Shown: piece after piece, positions 62,001 through 64,000 of the stretch | How the letters are laid out: each line of letters opens with the position of its first letter | Numbering within the stretch: position 1 is the stretch's first letter | Source of the DNA: Raja brachyura | Lineage: Eukaryota | Direction: 5' to 3' | Assembly: GCA_963514005.1 (NCBI GenBank) | Contig: OY740807.1 | Coordinates: forward strand, 2,356,001-2,420,000 | Length of the DNA: 64,000 nt | Notes under the pieces: generated by a model | Seen by the model: only the letters and a program-made list of their open reading frames with translations | Database searches by the model: none | What the model was told of the DNA's origin: nothing | Position numbers and translations under genes: made by a program

Positions 62001-63292
62001 TTGCCTGTTTAAATATAGAATAAAACTAATCCCCAAAATGCATAACACCCAATTGACTGGCGACCGTTTCCCAAGAGCAGCCGGAACGCGAACCTGGAGA
62101 ATCGCGATTCGCCTCAAACAGTTGGGCCAGGCTTTGCGCAAACTAAGATTATTAGGACATTGAAGAAACATCAGTACAGCACATGAACAGACCCTTCGGC
62201 CTGCCAGACCAGTCGCTAGGCAAAAGCTCCTCTCCATGCACATAATCCATATCCCACATTTCCTCGGATATGCAAATGTCTCTTAAACGCCACTGTCTAA
62301 ACCACCGCTCCCGGCAGCGTGATCCAGGCATCCACCAACCTCTGTGTAAAACCCCTGCCCCACACATTTGATTCATACTTTGCCACTCTCACGTTTAAAA
62401 CTGTACCCTCTAGTATTTGACTTGGGTACAATACAGTATAATACAATTTGACTTGGGTACACTACCGTATAATATTGATAAATGTGAGGTTATCCACTTT
62501 AGCGGCAAAAACAAGGGGACATTTTATTATTATCTCACTGAGATTAGGTTAGGTAAGGGGGAGGTACAGCGAGACCTGAGTGTCCTTGTACACCAGTCAC
62601 TGAAAGTTGGCTTACAGATACAGCAGGCAGTGAAGAAAGCTAATGGAATGTTAGCCTTCATAACAAAAGGATTTCAGTATGGGAGTAAAGAGGTTCTTCT
62701 GCAGCTGTATAGCGGTGAGACCACATCTGGAGTATTGTGTTCAATTTTTGTCTCCTAATTTGAGGAAGGACGTCCTTGTGATTGAGGCAGAGCAGCGTAG
62801 GTCCACAAGATTGATCCCTGGGATGGCGGGACTGTCATATGAGGAAAGATTGAAAAGACCAGGCTTGTATTCACTGGAGTTTAGAAGGATGAGGGGGGGT
62901 CTTATAGAAACATATAAAATTATAAAAGGAGTGAACAAGCTAGATGCAAGAAAAAATGTTCCCAATGTTGGGCGAATCCAGAACCAGGGGCCACAGTCTT
63001 AGAATAAAGGGTAGGTCATTTAAGACTGAGGTGAGAAAAAACGTTTTCACCCAGTCAGTTGTGAATTTATGGAATTCTCTGCCCCAGAGGGAGTGGAGGC
63101 CATTTCACTGGATGGATTTAGAAGAGAGTCAGATAGAGCTCTATGGGCTAGTGGAATCAAGGGATATGGGGAGAAGGCAGGCACGGGTTATTGATAGGGG
63201 CCGATCAGCCATGATCACAACGAATGGCAGTGCCGGCTCAAAGGGCCGAAAGGCCTCCTCCTGCAAATATTTTCTATGTTTCTATGTTTTAT
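59057..63292. mobile_element. CR1 cluster: 59057-59533 (-), 59535-59950 and 61481-61530 (+), 59955-61480 (+), 62425-63292 (+)
   Basis: RT ORFs and tails; the 59955-61480 copy splits the tail of the preceding copy. Confidence 0.88.
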
Positions 63293-63481
63293 GTTCTGAT
63301 TGTTGATCTTATTTGTGCCCCATAACTTTATATACGTCCATTAGGATTCCCTGCAACTCCCAGCGTTTCAGAGAATGCAACCAAGTAGCTCAAATTTCTT
63401 ACTGTAGTTGACAATCCAGGCATCGGCCTGTTCAATGTTTTTTGGAAGCTAATCCACACAGCCCCAGTACATCACTGCAGG

Positions 63482-64000
63482 AGTTCTTGGTTCTTGGTTA
63501 CTTGGTCCTCCGAGATATTCCAACTTGAATTTAAACTGGAGGTGGTGAAGGGAGGGGTTTAGCCAGAGAGGGTTATTGGGAAGAAAGTGCCACTTTAAAT
63601 TTAGTTGCATCTGGTTGGGCAACCGTGGCTTGGTGGAGATTATTCCATGCTTTAATAGTGTGTGGAAAGAACTAATGTCAGTATACGTCCGTCTTTGAGG
63701 CTGGGACCACAAATTGGATCGAATGCCCTCGTCTGCTCCTAATTGGTTTGGGGTCTTGTGATCTATGTCTAGCTGACCATTTAACATTTTGCAAAAACAG
63801 GTCAAACGGTGAGCTTCACGTCTGTCTTGGAGAGGGTTGCACCCCAGAGAATTCAGAAGTTTGGTGACACTCACTTCTCTCTCGTAGGTGTTAGTAACAA
63901 ATCAAGCGGCCTGTCTTTGGACACGTTCGATGGATGAAATGTTTTTATCTGTGTATGGATCCCAAGCTGCAACTGCGTAGTCCAGATGAGGTCTAACGAG
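63482..64000 (-). mobile_element. Divergent CR1/L2-group LINE 3' end running off the window
   Basis: RPHLDYAVAAWDPY..IERVQR..SVTKLLNSLG..LQDRR..RL; AAGAACC-type tail. Confidence 0.75.

Noticed and set aside
61530-62160. Non-repeat stretch with CpGs and CCAAT boxes as another gene or promoter
   Set aside because: No recognisable ORF, exon or RNA motif; cannot be supported from sequence alone
62270-62277. Perfect octamer ATGCAAAT about 4 kb upstream of the IgL gene
   Set aside because: Lies in a decayed CR1-like 3' fragment and is too far from the leader; likely chance

Overview
Vertebrate genomic DNA, almost certainly cartilaginous fish and probably a skate or ray (inferred from the Ig gene and repeat families). 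Most of the window is nested transposable elements. These include many CR1 LINEs (two near full-length, with zinc-finger/SGNH-esterase ORF1), L1/Tx1, Rex1 and Penelope remnants, V-SINEs and a hAT remnant. There are three DIRS-type tyrosine-recombinase retrotransposons: one with open gag, RT-RNaseH-methyltransferase and YR ORFs plus ITR/ICR, and two with decayed coding regions. The only intact host gene is a minus-strand, three-exon immunoglobulin light chain of type I (sigma-cart/NS5) whose V and J are already fused in the DNA. Top leads: (1) splice sites in the intact DIRS suggesting gag, pol and YR come from alternatively spliced mRNAs; (2) DIRS integration through a shared ATT core, with ICR/terminus covariation; (3) short, TSD-flanked Penelope-derived elements carrying a minimal hammerhead-ribozyme core; (4) a Tx1 3' end fused to a U1 snRNA fragment; (5) a stray FAM110 N-terminal fragment; (6) a 72-bp target-site duplication. 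All calls are by eye and no database searches were run.
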